Shown here piece by piece: positions 27,614-40,414 of a stretch of 64,000 nt of DNA. The position numbers were made by a program, and so were the translations under genes. This DNA comes from Amoebidium appalachense (lineage: Eukaryota; Protista; Ichthyosporea). Under the pieces are notes generated by a model that saw only the letters and a list, made by a program, of their open reading frames with translations, did not search any database and was not told the DNA's origin. Location: the NCBI GenBank assembly GCA_963693365.1, contig CAVNZM010000001.1, forward strand, positions 18,400,783-18,464,782. The letters are read 5' to 3'. Within the stretch, counting starts at the first letter, position 1, and the number at the start of each line of letters is the position of its first letter.

Positions 27614-29912
27614 TTTTTCTGTTGTATACAAGTAATTATGCGACCAGGACGACAAAAACTGGTTGTGCTGTAACGAAAACGTAGAAGCAGATCTATCCTG
27701 TGGATCCGGGTGACGTTTCTGTGCTATTTGATCCAAGGAATGAAATTCACTAAAAAAAACTACCTTACCAGTTGGCAGCAACTTTGTAGTAATTGCTTTT
27801 AAGGAGATTTTGTGTAGTGTTACTACTGCATTCCGAACGTCAAGTACCAGATCTTGGATCTTGGACCCTCGAATCCTCTAAAATGTTTCCGCTAACTTAG
27901 CAAGAGTGCCTCAAACGTTTCAGCAACCGCTTTTCCACTTTCTAAATTAACACTGTGTACTACGTAACAATAAAAATCTACGTATGAGCTAACTAGACGT
28001 TTTTTGTGCATTACCACAATAGCTTCTCAGGTTCTACTTTTTGCTTTCCTGTGTGTTGTTCGCTTCAGGTTCAGACTGGGGGTAAAGATGTTGCAAACTG
28101 ACAGAGATAAACCCCATCTCATCGGTGTGATCTAATCTTTTCTATCGTGTAAAAATCCAAACAAAATGCGTAAGGGGGTTGTAATATTGAGATTTATAGA
28201 TCTATTTCTGGGTACCAACTTTTACAACTTTCAAATTTCACACTTTGTTTCAGTAAACTTTGGTCCACATTTTTCGAACCTGTGGAATGCGTGTGATTGG
28301 TTCAACGCGCACCGTTTTTCGAGCTACGGGGGCGGTGTGGACCACGGGCAGCTACGTTACAACTTCAAAACGAGAACAACACAGCTTGCAACCGTTGAAG
28401 AAGAAACAAAGGAACAAAAAAAAAAAAGAGGAAAGAAAGAAAGTGTTCTTTATGCAGGCAAGCACTTACTGTGTTTTAGGTTTAAGTTAGTGTTTTTAAA
28501 GTTCATGTTTTGCACACTTGCGATGCAAGTGCACCAATGTGCAAACGGGCAGCCATGTGAAAATTATGTGATCACCTTGTCTGATTCCGACCATGGTGAG
28601 CTGGTAGCACAGAGTGGAAAGCTTTAGCTACATGACTCTACTAGCATATCGGCTGTTTGGCATTGATTGTGCGTGAGCTAGTTCTTCTGTTGTTGGTCTT
28701 GTTGAAATAGCGGCAATGGACGGCAGAAGGCCCTTTTCCTCTGGTGTTGATAGTAACTTTCTTTGTGCCTGGGCACAGGCATGGTGCATGAACATGACGT
28801 TAGTCAGTCTCAAACTGAAAGAGTACCTAATAAATTTGAGTTGGAAGGCTTGAGGCTTATGAGTAATTTCAAGCTACCAGCCAAACGGAACACGTGGTGT
28901 CATCCTTTTTCCAAGCATCTTGGACTGGGTGTGGTTTTGGAGTGCGGACATGTGTCACGTTGCTGAGATGACCGTGTGTCCATGGCAGCACGTGTAAGAT
29001 CTACAATGTTAGTTTGTGTACTGTAAACGTGTGGATATTTCTGTAGGGGAGTGAGTTTAGAAGGTGTGTACGTGTAAAAACATCTCTGTGTGCACGTGTG
29101 TGCTGGTCTGAGGCAGAGCGGGACGAGGGGTGCCTAGTTGTGAGTGTAGTGTGACTAGGTGTGTAAGGGTGTCTATGTAAAAGTTACCGTATGTGTATGT
29201 GGTGCAGAGCACGTGTATAATGACTGCCCTGTATGTGGTGCCTTGCGTATGAATGATGGTGTGAGAGTCGCGGTGTCGGGGTGTGTGTGTGTGGGTGCGG
29301 GCGGGTGTGTTTGTGTGCCTGTGACCCATGTGCACATGTGCGGGTGCGGTGCATTCACGTCCACACACACACAGGGTACGTACACATCTACACATGCGTT
29401 CTCACACGCGTGTGGTTTCGTGTGTACTGCTCACTGAGACCGACTTGCACACATTACAGGGAACATTGCGTCCACACCCACCAACACAAACACATACTCA
29501 CCACACTCAGGGGTGCCCGTGTGTGGGTGCAAAACTTTCACACATATATGCACACACGGCCGCCGCACGACACACAAACAAACAACACCGACACACACAG
29601 CACAGAATCGTACAAAACTGTATGTAGCATCAAACACAAACACAAAATCAAGCTTTGGCTCATACAAACATTTATGTGCTGCCAAGATTGACACCTTTCA
29701 ATGCAAGAGTACACTCTGTCTGCTATTCCGTTTTATCAGACTGACCTCTTATCATAAAAAATGATACGAGGTCACATGGCACACAGGTTATGGAAGTATT
29801 CACGAGGAAAATTTGTGCAATTGATGACTATAGAAAATTGAAAGTTTGGAAGATTGGTGTCCAGATTTCCATTGGAAGCTCATTTAGTTGCATGAGAGTG
29901 AGGGAGGTGTGT

Positions 29913-29943
<31 letters not shown>

Positions 29944-30245
29944 GGGGAAGACAAGGCACGGGCGGGGCAAGGGGGAAAGGAGGAGAGGGGCGAGTTGGGG
30001 TTGGGATTAGGGCGGGGGGTTAGGGGGGGGGGGGGGTGGGGGAGGACGGGGAAGGGGGGGGGGGGGGGGGGGGTGTTATCTAAGAAACAAAATGTACATG
30101 TAGCCGGGCAGAGGGTCGGACTGGGAGCAGGCGAACTGGCAGATTGGACCGAAATGGAGGGGTTTGGAGGGAGATGGGGGGGGGGGGGGGGGGGGGGGGG
30201 GTATAGGCTGCCCACCTGGGTGGGAGAAAAGAACGGACACATATA

Positions 30246-31130
30246 CCCCCACCGGATCCATCCCGGTTTTTTTTAGCTCGGGATAAATTCATACGGATGT
30301 GTTCGACCCATGCGAGATAATCTAAATTCGGCGGGGTTCAAGCGTGAAGGGCGGGTAGGCTCTGGTAACTTCTGGTGTTAGGGTATCCGCCGTGTTCTCC
30401 GCGCGGCCCAACTTCGCGTTTGTTTGCTACCCAAAAGCTGATCGTTAAATTCGCTGAATGCAAACCATCATGCATGAATCAGTTGTAGTTCAGCTAAACG
30501 AGAAGCGCTCCACAGTATCATAGCAGTTTTCTTCTGTGCATGTGCCCTTGTGTGGCTCGTGTATATGCAGGCAGCGAGACTCAGAGGGTACAAGCTGTAG
30601 TACTACGTATACTCACACGGGCCTCCTTGTATTCCGACTGCAGCTGACCACGCGCACCGTGTGTTTACCAGTGTGCTATTTGAAGGAGTGCCATGCATGA
30701 CGGTGTGCTGACACCCACAGCTTGTGCACCTCATTCTCCCTCTCTCTCTTCTCTCTCTCTTCTCTCTCTCCTCTCTCTCTCTTTCTCTCTCCCCGACACA
30801 CACACACGCTCTCTCTCTTTTCTCCCTTTCACCTCCCTCTCTCGTCTCTCTTTTGCTCCTTCTCTCCGTCTCAGAGCTATCCTCTCAGAGTCTCTCTCTC
30901 TCTCTATATATATATATCTCGTTCACTCTCTCACTCACTCCCTGGCACTCACAGATTTCTGTCCCACACTCTCTCGCTCGCTCTAAACGAGTTTCTCTCA
31001 CTCTCTCAGGCTCTCTCTCTCTCGGTCAGCCTCACACACCCTCACAAACACACACACACACAAACACAAACACAAACGCGCGCACACATGTACATACACA
31101 AACACACACACACACACACACACACAGAGA

Positions 31131-31227
<97 letters not shown>

Positions 31228-31376
31228 ACACACACTCTTTCTCTAGAGTCTCAGAGTCTTTCTCAACAGCCTCACACCGTACACACACACTCATCCATGC
31301 AACTGCAACAAAACGCACACATCTTAAGCAATCGCTCCTCTCTCTCTTTCTCTTTCTCTCTCTCTCTCTCTCTCCG

Positions 31377-31413
<37 letters not shown>

Positions 31414-31879
31414 CTTTCTCTCTCTCTCTCTCTAGTTGCCCCCCGTCATTCTCTCTCACACACAGAGTAACACACACACTCACAACACACACTCCCTCTC
31501 TCTCTCTCTGTCCCCCTCTTTCTCCCTCTCGAGATCCCTCAACCAATACTAAAATCAGATTCTTCACTCTATCAGTTTCATACTGCCCCTCACACACCGG
31601 GTCCGGAGATCTGCTAGGCATTAGTTTTCGGGTAGCAAACAAACGCATAGTTGGGTTTACACGGACACACGACGGCTAGGCATCAGCTTTTGGGTAGCAA
31701 ACAAACGCGAAGTTGGGCCGCGCGGAGAACACGGCGGCTACCCTAACAACCAGAAGTTACCAGAGCCTACCCGCCCTTCACGCTTGAACCCCGCCGAATT
31801 TAGATTATCTCGCATGGTCGAACACATCCGTATGAATTTATCCCGAGCTAAAAAAAAAACGGGATGGATCCGGTGGGGG
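30246..31879. mobile_element. Non-autonomous DNA transposon (MITE-like) with ~200-bp terminal inverted repeats
   Basis: 30246-30442 is the reverse complement of 31682-31879 with few differences. Termini are CCCCCACC...GGTGGGGG, with TATA on both sides (30242-30245, 31880-31883). The interior is mostly microsatellite with no transposase. Confidence 0.88.
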
Positions 31880-32554
31880 TATATGTGTACGGTGCACAAA
31901 TGGTGCAAAACCAAAATGGAGTTTAATCCGGGGATGGGGGGGGGGGGGGGGGGGGGGGGGGGGAGGGGGGGGGGATCTGGGAGGGGAGGGGTCGGGGAAG
32001 ATCCGCAATGAGGGGGGAGGGGCCGGGGGGTCCGTGGATGATCATCATGAGAAGAACGGGCCAGGGTAGAGTCACCTTGACAAGTTATAATTACGGGAAA
32101 ATCCGGGGAAAGGGAGGGGGATGGGGGGGGGGGGGGGGGGGGGTGGGGGTCGTAGTAGCAGTAGTAGTGTATTGTGTGTGTGTGGGGGGGGAGGAGGGAG
32201 GGAGGGGAGGGGGGGGGGGGGGGGGGGGGGGGGATGTGTTTATGTTGTTGTCTAGTGCCGATTATGTGTATATGTCAGGGCTGTATGGGGCTGAGCACAA
32301 GCGCTTGTGTGTGCACATCCATGTGCTGTTGTGTGTGTGTGTGTGAGTGTATGTGTGTGTGCGTGCGCGTGTGTGCGTGTGTGCGTGTGTGCGCGTGTGT
32401 GCGCGTGTGCTGTGTGTGCTGTGTGCTGTGTGCGCATGCTGTGTATCTGTGTGCTTTTTTGTGTCTATTTCTGTGTGTGCATGTGTGGATACATGTGCTT
32501 TTCACTGTGTGTGCGTGCATGTGCGTACGTGTGTTCTTGTGTGTGTGTGTGTGT

Positions 32555-32586
<32 letters not shown>

Positions 32587-32587
32587 C

Positions 32588-32651
<64 letters not shown>

Positions 32652-32919
32652 CCACGTGTGTGTGTGTGCGTGCGCGCCTGTTACATTTCTGTGCAAGTTT
32701 GTCATTGCAATTACTTGTGTATCCCAATCTACATATTTGCATTATCTTTGCATGTATAGGTGTGGGGTGTATTGCTGTTTGTGTGTGTGTGCACAGCGCG
32801 CGTGTGTTGTGTGTGTGTGTTTGTGTGTGTGTGTGTATGTATGTGTATAGTCACAGTGTACTCGTGTGTGTGTGTGTGCGCGCGTGTGCGTGTATGTGTG
32901 TGAGTGAGTGAGTGAGTGA

Positions 32920-32950
<31 letters not shown>

Positions 32951-33037
32951 GTGTGTATTATTGCGCTCGTGCATGTTTTACGCGCTCGTACGGATTTGAG
33001 GCAAGGGTAGTGGGTGTAGTTGTCTGCTTATGTGTGT

Positions 33038-33082
<45 letters not shown>

Positions 33083-33092
33083 CACGTACACA

Positions 33093-33135
<43 letters not shown>

Positions 33136-33468
33136 TTGCACTCGTGCATATTTCGCGTGTTGAGGATAGGAAGTGGTTGTAGTGGTGTGGATAAGTTTGA
33201 CAAAGAGCATGTTCTGTGCAGATGGGTGCAGGGATGTGGACCGAGGTGCACTCGGCTTTGTCAAAAACGTTTTTATTTAAGAGGAAGATACTTAATGTAC
33301 ATTAAAACCGTGACAACTTACCAACACCCTAAACCTAATCTTGTTTCTCGAAGGCACTCCCTCACATGCGCATCACAGATGCGCAACTCTTAAAATATCG
33401 GACGTTATAATTCAACCTAAACATAGCCTAAGGTTCATCTTTTGGTATAGCTTCCAAAGAGTAAAACC

Positions 33469-33584
33469 TAGCAGACACGATAAATATCTCTTCCAAAATT
33501 TAAAGAGGGTAAATTTTTAGCAGGCACGATGGCTAGATATCTCTTCTAAATTCTAAAAAAGGCCAAAAACTAGCAGACACGATT
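33469..33584. repeat. Degenerate ~50-bp tandem repeat downstream of reductase copy 1
   Basis: tagcag(a/g)cacgat occurs at about 33469, 33518 and 33571. The first two are followed by atatctcttc. Confidence 0.7.
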
Positions 33585-33676
33585 GCTTCAGCCAGTAAAA
33601 CACGGTGCCTGCTGTGCCCCACACACCATATCACCCGCCCTCCTGCGGCAGCGAATCAGGGCCCGGCTCAAAAAAA

Positions 33677-36073
33677 CTAAAACTCTAGGCCGCCAAACAG
33701 GTTGACGAGGGCCATTGTCTGGCTGTAGAGCTCCCTGTCGGTGGTGGGGGCCATGCCCTCAGGGGCCTTTTCGGGCTCGATCTTGTACATGTAGTTGAAG
33801 ATGCGGTCCATCAGCTCAGGGCTGAAGTAGTAGACGGCCTGCATGGCGTTGCCCATGGGCGTGGCAATGGTCTTGTGGCCCGTGGTCAGCGCCGACAGCA
33901 CCAGGTCGGCCGCAGCCTCGGGGGTGATGGCCACCATGTTGTAGTAGTTGAAGCCGGCCTTCTTGTCCAGCGTGGCCGTGGGCGCAATCATCTTGGTCTT
34001 GACCAGCGGCATGTACACCGTGTGCAGCGTCACGTTCTCGTGCGCCACCTCCGAGTTGAGACTGCGGGAGAACGAGTCCAGCGCGGCCTTGGACGCGGCG
34101 TAGGCCGAGAAGCGCGGCTGGTTGGTCTGCGCGCCGATGGACGAGATGTTGATGACGCGGCCGTAGCGCTGGGCACGCATGGCGTTGAGGAAGCCCAGGA
34201 TCATGGCCAGGGAGCCGTAGTAGTTGAGGTCGATGGTGCGCTTGAAGTCGTGGAAGCGGTCCGTGGCGTAGATGACCGACCGCCGGATGCTGCGGCCGGC
34301 GCAGTTGACCAGCACGTCCACGTGGCCCAGGTCGGCCAGGATCTGCTTGGGCAGCGCCGTGCTCTCGTCCTCCTTGGCCAGGTTGCAGTAGTACGTGTGC
34401 ACCTGCACCCCCGGGTACACCGCCTCCAGCTCGCCCTTGGCCCGCGCCAGCCCCGCCGTGTCAAACGACACCAGCACCAGCACGGCCCCGGCCGCGGCCA
34501 GCTTCTGGGTGATGGCCCAGCCGATGCCGCTGTCACCGCCCGTCACCAGGCACACGCGCCCGCGCACCTCCTTGGCCAGGTGGTTGGCCGACGCCAGTCG
34601 GGGCACCATCACGCGCTCATAGTAGTCCCAGCACTTCCACGCGTACGACGCCAGCGGCGCGCACGTGATGCCCGTGCCGGCAGCAGCCAAAGCGGCCTGG
34701 GTGGCGCTGCAGTCGAAGCGGGTGGCCCAGAAGGCGTACTTGAGGGCGTCCTGGGGCACGCCGGTCATGGCCGTGGCCAGGTCGAAGGGCCACTGCATGC
34801 ACTTGGGGTACTGGCTGACCACGTTCTTGATCATGTCGTTGGGCACCATGCCCAGCACCGTATCACTGATGCGCGACGAGAACGCCGGGCCGTGCGCCGC
34901 TGTGCTGAAGATGTTGAAGACGTCCAGGAAGCTGCAGGGCTCGGGGTCGACCAGGTGGAATGTCTTGCCGGCGCAGCCCGGGCGGTGCGCAATGGCGTCC
35001 ATGCACTTGACCACGTAGTCCACCGGCACCAGCGGGATCTTCTCCCCGCGGATGCCCACCAGCGTCAGCCACTCGGGCACATAGCGCCGCAGCTGGCGGA
35101 TGGTGTCGAACATGTAGTAGGGCCCGTCAATCTTCTCGGCCTCGCCGGTCTCGGACGAGCCAATCACAATGCCCGGGCGGTAGATGCGCAGGGGCGTGGT
35201 GCACTGCGCGCGCACAATGGACTCGGCGTCGAACTTGGTCTTGTAGTACGGGTTGTGGTGGGTCTGGCCCTCGTCAAACATGGTCTCCATGAACGTGCCC
35301 TGGTAGTCGCCGGCCACCACAATGGTCGACACGTAGTTGAACTCCACGCCCAGCATGTTGGCCACCTCGACGGCATACGTGGTGCCCTCGACGTTGAGCG
35401 CGTGGTTGGCCTCCTGCGTGGCCCGCAGGTCGTACAGGGCCGCCAGGTGGAACATGACCGTCACACGGGCCTCGTCCTTGAGCATGCGCAGCTGCTCCTC
35501 GCTCATGCCCAGGTGGCGCTTGGTGATGTTGCCGCCCACCCGCACAATGCGCTTGGCGTCGGCGCCAAAGCGCTCAGAGAAGATCTTGGCAAAGGCCGCC
35601 TCGTCCTCAAAGGCCAGGCAGTAGAAGGTGGCCGTTGGGTTGCGCTTGAGCATGACGGCAAGCAGGTTCTTGCCGAGGAACCCTGTGGCGCCCGTCACAA
35701 AGTAGGCGCTGTGCACAGCGTCGGCCTCCACACTGGCCACCACGCTGGCCCGCCGCAGCTCGCTCTCGCGGGCCGGGCCGGCCCACGACGGGCAACGCTG
35801 GTCGATGATGCTGACGTACTGGCGCTTGGCCTCGTCGGCGGCCATGTCGCCGCAGTCGGCCCAGGCCTGCCACTTCTTGCGGCCGGCAAAGTCAAAGTAT
35901 GACGGCTGGGGGGCATCGCAGCGCCCGGCCGTGGCCTGCTTGTACAGCCCGTACAGCGTCAGGCTGAGCTCGCGCTCGTCCGCGGCCGTGGCCGTGGCCG
36001 CCTGCAGCCCGCCGTCGCGCACAAACTGCTGCGCCTTCTCAAAAAGCGCACTAATGTCCTGTGTTGCCACCAT
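33677..36073 (-). CDS. Intronless ACBP + extended SDR + classical SDR fusion; putative alcohol-forming fatty acyl-CoA reductase, copy 1, 798 aa
   Basis: The ATG at 36073 is supported by the paralog start and the promoter. ACBP motifs: LYGLYKQAT, KWQAW. Extended SDR: TGATGFLG, HLAALYDL, YYKTK, YRPGIVIG. Acr1-type SDR: TGGDSGIG, NCAGRSIRRS...DRFHDF, YAASK, TVYMPLVKTKMIAPT. Confidence 0.93.
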   Translation of the reverse strand: MVATQDISALFEKAQQFVRDGGLQAATATAADERELSLTLYGLYKQATAGRCDAPQPSYFDFAGRKKWQAWADCGDMAADEAKRQYVSIIDQRCPSWAGPARESELRRASVVASVEADAVHSAYFVTGATGFLGKNLLAVMLKRNPTATFYCLAFEDEAAFAKIFSERFGADAKRIVRVGGNITKRHLGMSEEQLRMLKDEARVTVMFHLAALYDLRATQEANHALNVEGTTYAVEVANMLGVEFNYVSTIVVAGDYQGTFMETMFDEGQTHHNPYYKTKFDAESIVRAQCTTPLRIYRPGIVIGSSETGEAEKIDGPYYMFDTIRQLRRYVPEWLTLVGIRGEKIPLVPVDYVVKCMDAIAHRPGCAGKTFHLVDPEPCSFLDVFNIFSTAAHGPAFSSRISDTVLGMVPNDMIKNVVSQYPKCMQWPFDLATAMTGVPQDALKYAFWATRFDCSATQAALAAAGTGITCAPLASYAWKCWDYYERVMVPRLASANHLAKEVRGRVCLVTGGDSGIGWAITQKLAAAGAVLVLVSFDTAGLARAKGELEAVYPGVQVHTYYCNLAKEDESTALPKQILADLGHVDVLVNCAGRSIRRSVIYATDRFHDFKRTIDLNYYGSLAMILGFLNAMRAQRYGRVINISSIGAQTNQPRFSAYAASKAALDSFSRSLNSEVAHENVTLHTVYMPLVKTKMIAPTATLDKKAGFNYYNMVAITPEAAADLVLSALTTGHKTIATPMGNAMQAVYYFSPELMDRIFNYMYKIEPEKAPEGMAPTTDRELYSQTMALVNLFGGLEF

Positions 36074-36108
36074 TCTCGTTTTATGATCAGACTGTCTTGC
36101 AACTTCTG

Positions 36109-36217
36109 GAGTGAATGTGGTATGCGGACCAGTATATATACCCTTGCCCCCCCAGATTCTTGTTTGTTGTGATTGGATGAATAGAAAATGCAATATTATA
36201 ATGTGATTGGTGGATTC
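36109..36217 (-). promoter_or_regulatory. Core promoter of reductase copy 1 (2x CCAAT, TATA, Inr-like)
   Basis: On the minus strand: CCAATCA at 36204-36210 and 36170-36176, TATATATA at 36133-36140, CCGCAT at 36122-36127 and CATTCACTC at 36109-36117. The same motifs occur in the same order upstream of copy 2. Confidence 0.75.
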
Positions 36218-37047
36218 ATTACCACGTAATAATGATAAGTAATGATGTGACAGTGCCAAGTTGCCAACTCTGACGGCAGCACACAACCAGCGGCATCTTT
36301 TGTGTTATATGAAGTATTATATATTATCCGCTTTCAATCTTATTTCTCTCTTTCTTTCTATTTAGGAAAATATTTCCCTAGTGGCAAGTGGCAACTTGAA
36401 TCTCTCTGCGACGACGGATACAGACAGATCTATTCATTCTTTTGTATTCCAGCGCGGACAAATCGGTTCACGTTTTATGGTCCCGCCAATCAGCATTCGC
36501 GAGTTAAAAGCCACGCGCATTTATAATTGGTTCATGTGTTGCGTTCTTACCTAATAAGGCGCGACTCAATTTCGGATCCACATTCCTGGAATCGTGGGGA
36601 AGCTGCGGTTGCCTCACGTTTTTTTTTGCTGCTTTCTCGTCCCTCCCTTTCTTCCCCCGGTACCGTGTGGCCGGCGTGTTGCGATGACGGTAGAGTGGTA
36701 ATTACTTTGGGGAGTTGGTATTATCGGCGTGCGTTGGGGTCATTGCGTACTGTGTGCTTGACAGCGATTTTGGTTATAGGTAGGATGTGGGAGGTTAAGA
36801 GGAGGACGGGGGGAGGGGGTAAAGAGAAGGAGCGATAGAGAGAGAAGAGAGAAAGCCAGGGAGCGAGGGACAGAGAGTGAGTGAGGGGGAGACACAGAGA
36901 GACACGCAGACACACACAAACACAGAGAGAAAGAGAGACACACACTGTGTTCCCACACACCGAACCCCACACCACGCGCATACATGGGCCCTGGCAAATC
37001 CGCGGGAACATAGCTATACAGTCCAGGGATCTCATACTCAAGGTGCC

Positions 37048-38528
37048 ATGGCTGAGACGGAGAATCCTTCCGCCAGTTGTAAGTACCCTTGCCCCTTCCC
37101 CCCTCCTCTCGTCCCCCTTCCCTCCGACGTTTTTTTGGCCACGTCTTTTTCCCCAGTTCTTCGTTGACCCCGCTGTTATCCTTCCTGTGCACCTCCTCCT
37201 CTGAAACCCCCCCCCCCCGTTCCCCCTTCCCTCCCCCCCCCCCCCCCCCTCCCCCCCAAATGCTCTGATTTTGCCACCGGACTCCCTCTGCTTGTAAGCA
37301 CCTAGATAACATTATATAATTGGTCACAGGCCAGCAGGTCGCGCTAATATCAATCATATACTCGCGAAGAGGTTTCTTCCCCCCCATCCCTATTTTCTCA
37401 CACTTGATTACCGTTTCTTATTAAATCACATAGCATTTTTCTTGGCCCTTGGTCTACATCCCTTTCCTGTTATTATGCCAGTTGTACATTGGTAGCTGGA
37501 TCGTCCCCCCCCCCCCCCCCCCCCCCTGCCCTCCCCCCTCCCCCCCCCTTCTTCCCGGTCCCCCTTCCCACCCATGCTGCAAACCCACTCCCCCCCCATA
37601 CTTGAATGTTTGCCTTTGCATGTGTCCTGTACCATGCTTCTCATCGTGTATGCGTACTTCGTACCATTTTCCGCATTCAACCCCCCCCCCCCCCCCCCCC
37701 TCTCCCCCCTCCCCCCGCTCTCTTGACCTTGTGCTACAACCCTAACCTCGTATCTTCCCCCCCCCCCCGCCCCCCTCTAGGGTGGCCCGATGAGATATGG
37801 CTGCAGGTGTTTTCCCTCTGTGGCTGGGCCGAGCGTCGTGCCTGTGCCTCTGTCTCTCGACGTCTGTGCTCCCTGGCTAGATCCGCCGCTGCTGGTATAT
37901 CCCCCCCCCCCCCCCCCCCCCCCCCCTCTCTCTCTCCCCCTCCCTCATCCCTTTCTCTTCTCCGCTGCCCTTTCTTTCTAACCTTCGCTTTTAAAGAGAA
38001 AATGCATTCAACCTCTTTCGGTTCTTGCCGAACATCGTTTCCGCTTCCTACCCTCCTACACACCTACACACCCACCCACCCGGTGTCGCCTTTGATTCTA
38101 GTTCCATTTCAACACACCACTTTTGGGCTATCATACAGTTTCCATTCTCTACTGAACTTTAAACTGTGCATACATCTTTCCATTACCTTGTTTTTCTTGG
38201 CTCCTGCCTTTATATCATCCCCCCTCCCCCTCCCCCCGTCCCCCCCGCCACCCCCCACCCACCCACAAACACCCACACAGAAACACACACACACACACAC
38301 ACACACACATAACCTCCACATCCCGTTCCAAAAACACAGATGCACACACACACAAACAACCCCCTGCCCCTCCCCCCCCCCACCCCCCCCCCCCCCCCGG
38401 GGGGGCCCCACCAATTCTCCCCCCTCCCCCCCCCCCCCCCCCGCCCCAAACACCCACCAACCCACCCACACACCCATCCACCCACCCACCCACCCACCCA
38501 CCCACCCACCCCACACACACACACACAC

Positions 38529-38590
<62 letters not shown>

Positions 38591-38830
38591 CACAGGGACA
38601 TCCGCTTAGGAGTCAGAAACCAATGCATACCATGGATTTGCAGTGTGTTTTTGAGATCGAACCCTCTCGACGTTTACTCCCAACTCCTGTCCCTGCTCCC
38701 CCCCCTCCCCCCTCCCCCCCCCCCCCCCCCGGCCCCCTCTCCCCTCCCCCCCTCCCCCCCTTCCTCTCCCCCCCCCCCCCCCCCCCCCAAACCACCCCTT
38801 CCCCCCCCCCCCAACACACATACACACACA

Positions 38831-38875
<45 letters not shown>

Positions 38876-40220
38876 TAGCGCAAGCCATCGTTACACCGGA
38901 CCATCCTGCCTTATACTGCATTTCATTTCCTCCTTGCCCTTAGGCCTCTCCCCCCCCCCCCCCCCCCCCCCCCCCCCTTCCCCCCTCTCAATTCTCCCTC
39001 TTCGCTCTCTCAAAGTGTCTCCCCTCCCCCCCCCCCCCCTCCCCCCTCCCCCCTCTCAATTCCCCCCCCTTCGCTCTCCCAAAGTGTCTCCCTCCTCCCC
39101 TCCCCTCCCCCCCCCACCCTTCCCTCTTTCTTTCATCACTTCTACAGCTTTAGTAACTAATATAGACTAATCTTGACAACCAGGGATTTTCTTTTCGCTC
39201 TCACATCTTTGGCAAGTTGAACACACTCCACCCACCCACCCGTTTGGCATCCTGACCCTACCTCTTTATCCCAACTTTTTGTCCCCCCCCCCCCCCCCCC
39301 CCCCCCCCCTTCATATATATTCCTCTCCCTCACACCCTCCCCCCCCCCCCCCCCCCCCCCTCCCTACCCCCTTCCCTCCCTCTCTCACTGTCACACACAC
39401 ACTCTACCTCTTCTCCCCCCCCCCCCCCCCCCTTCTCCCCCCCTTTTCCCGCCTTTCCCCCCACCCACTTAACCTCCACTACCCCATCCACCCCCAACCC
39501 TTTCCCCTCACCTCTCACTCCCTGCCCTCCGTGTTCACAGGTCGCCTCCCTCTTGTTCTCAGCCACCACTACGTCACCAACCCGGCCCTGTGGCCCCGTC
39601 TGACGTCATCGATTCATGCATGGGCCGAGGTTCCCACTGGCCTGACTGTACCCTGGGCATGCAGCCAGCTGCAAGATATCGATGAGAAGATCGCAGATCT
39701 GATAGATCGCGCACCCATACTGGGCAATCTCGTAATCGGGGAACGCGGCGCAGAGGATTGGCTGAACGAGTTGCCGCTGGACGAAGAATCAGAGGACGAT
39801 CTGTTCCAAACTTTCCAGCTTCAGCCAATCAGATGGCTTCTTGATCGGATCGGCAAGAAGCTGCTGAGTTTGGAAATGTATGCAGAGGGGGCGATAGAGG
39901 ATTATGCGGATGCCTTGTTGGATTTCTCTACGTGCACGGCAATAACCCGACTAGTCGTCAAAGCAAAAAATGTCGAGTGGGTATGTCTGTCTCTGACCTT
40001 CTCCCCCCCTCCCCCCTTCCCCCTGATGACTTGGCCCGCCTGAGGATTGGCTTGGCGTAATATGCATACTCTCTGTGTGGTTTGCACTCTGCATTATGTT
40101 GTCCTTTATGGATGTGTACTTCGTACTCTATAACACATCCCCCCCCCCCCCCCCCCCCTCCTTCACACACAAACACACACATACTCACACGCGCACGCAC
40201 GCGTGTGCACGCGCGCGCGT

Positions 40221-40274
<54 letters not shown>

Positions 40275-40369
40275 CCCCGACACCATCCAGGATTAAGTGT
40301 TGAGACCCCTCAGGCTCTGAAAATATGTGTTTCTCTAGCATCTTGGTATATTTCATATCTCGCCTGCCT

Positions 40370-40414
<45 letters not shown>

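Noticed and set aside
28166-28966. Short ORFs upstream of the PDZ gene, as a possible decayed transposon
   Set aside because: They are stop-interrupted, with no recognisable motif or element boundaries.
30006-30025. TTAGGG telomere-like motifs
   Set aside because: Only two non-tandem copies inside a G-rich tract.
33875-35902. 675-aa + strand ORF, and the equivalent 62202-63437 - strand ORF
   Set aside because: These are antisense shadows of the GC3-rich reductase CDS with no recognisable domain.
36074-36286. N-terminal extension of the 869-aa ORF
   Set aside because: It starts at a non-ATG codon and runs through the TATA/CCAAT promoter. Paralog similarity begins at ATG 36073.
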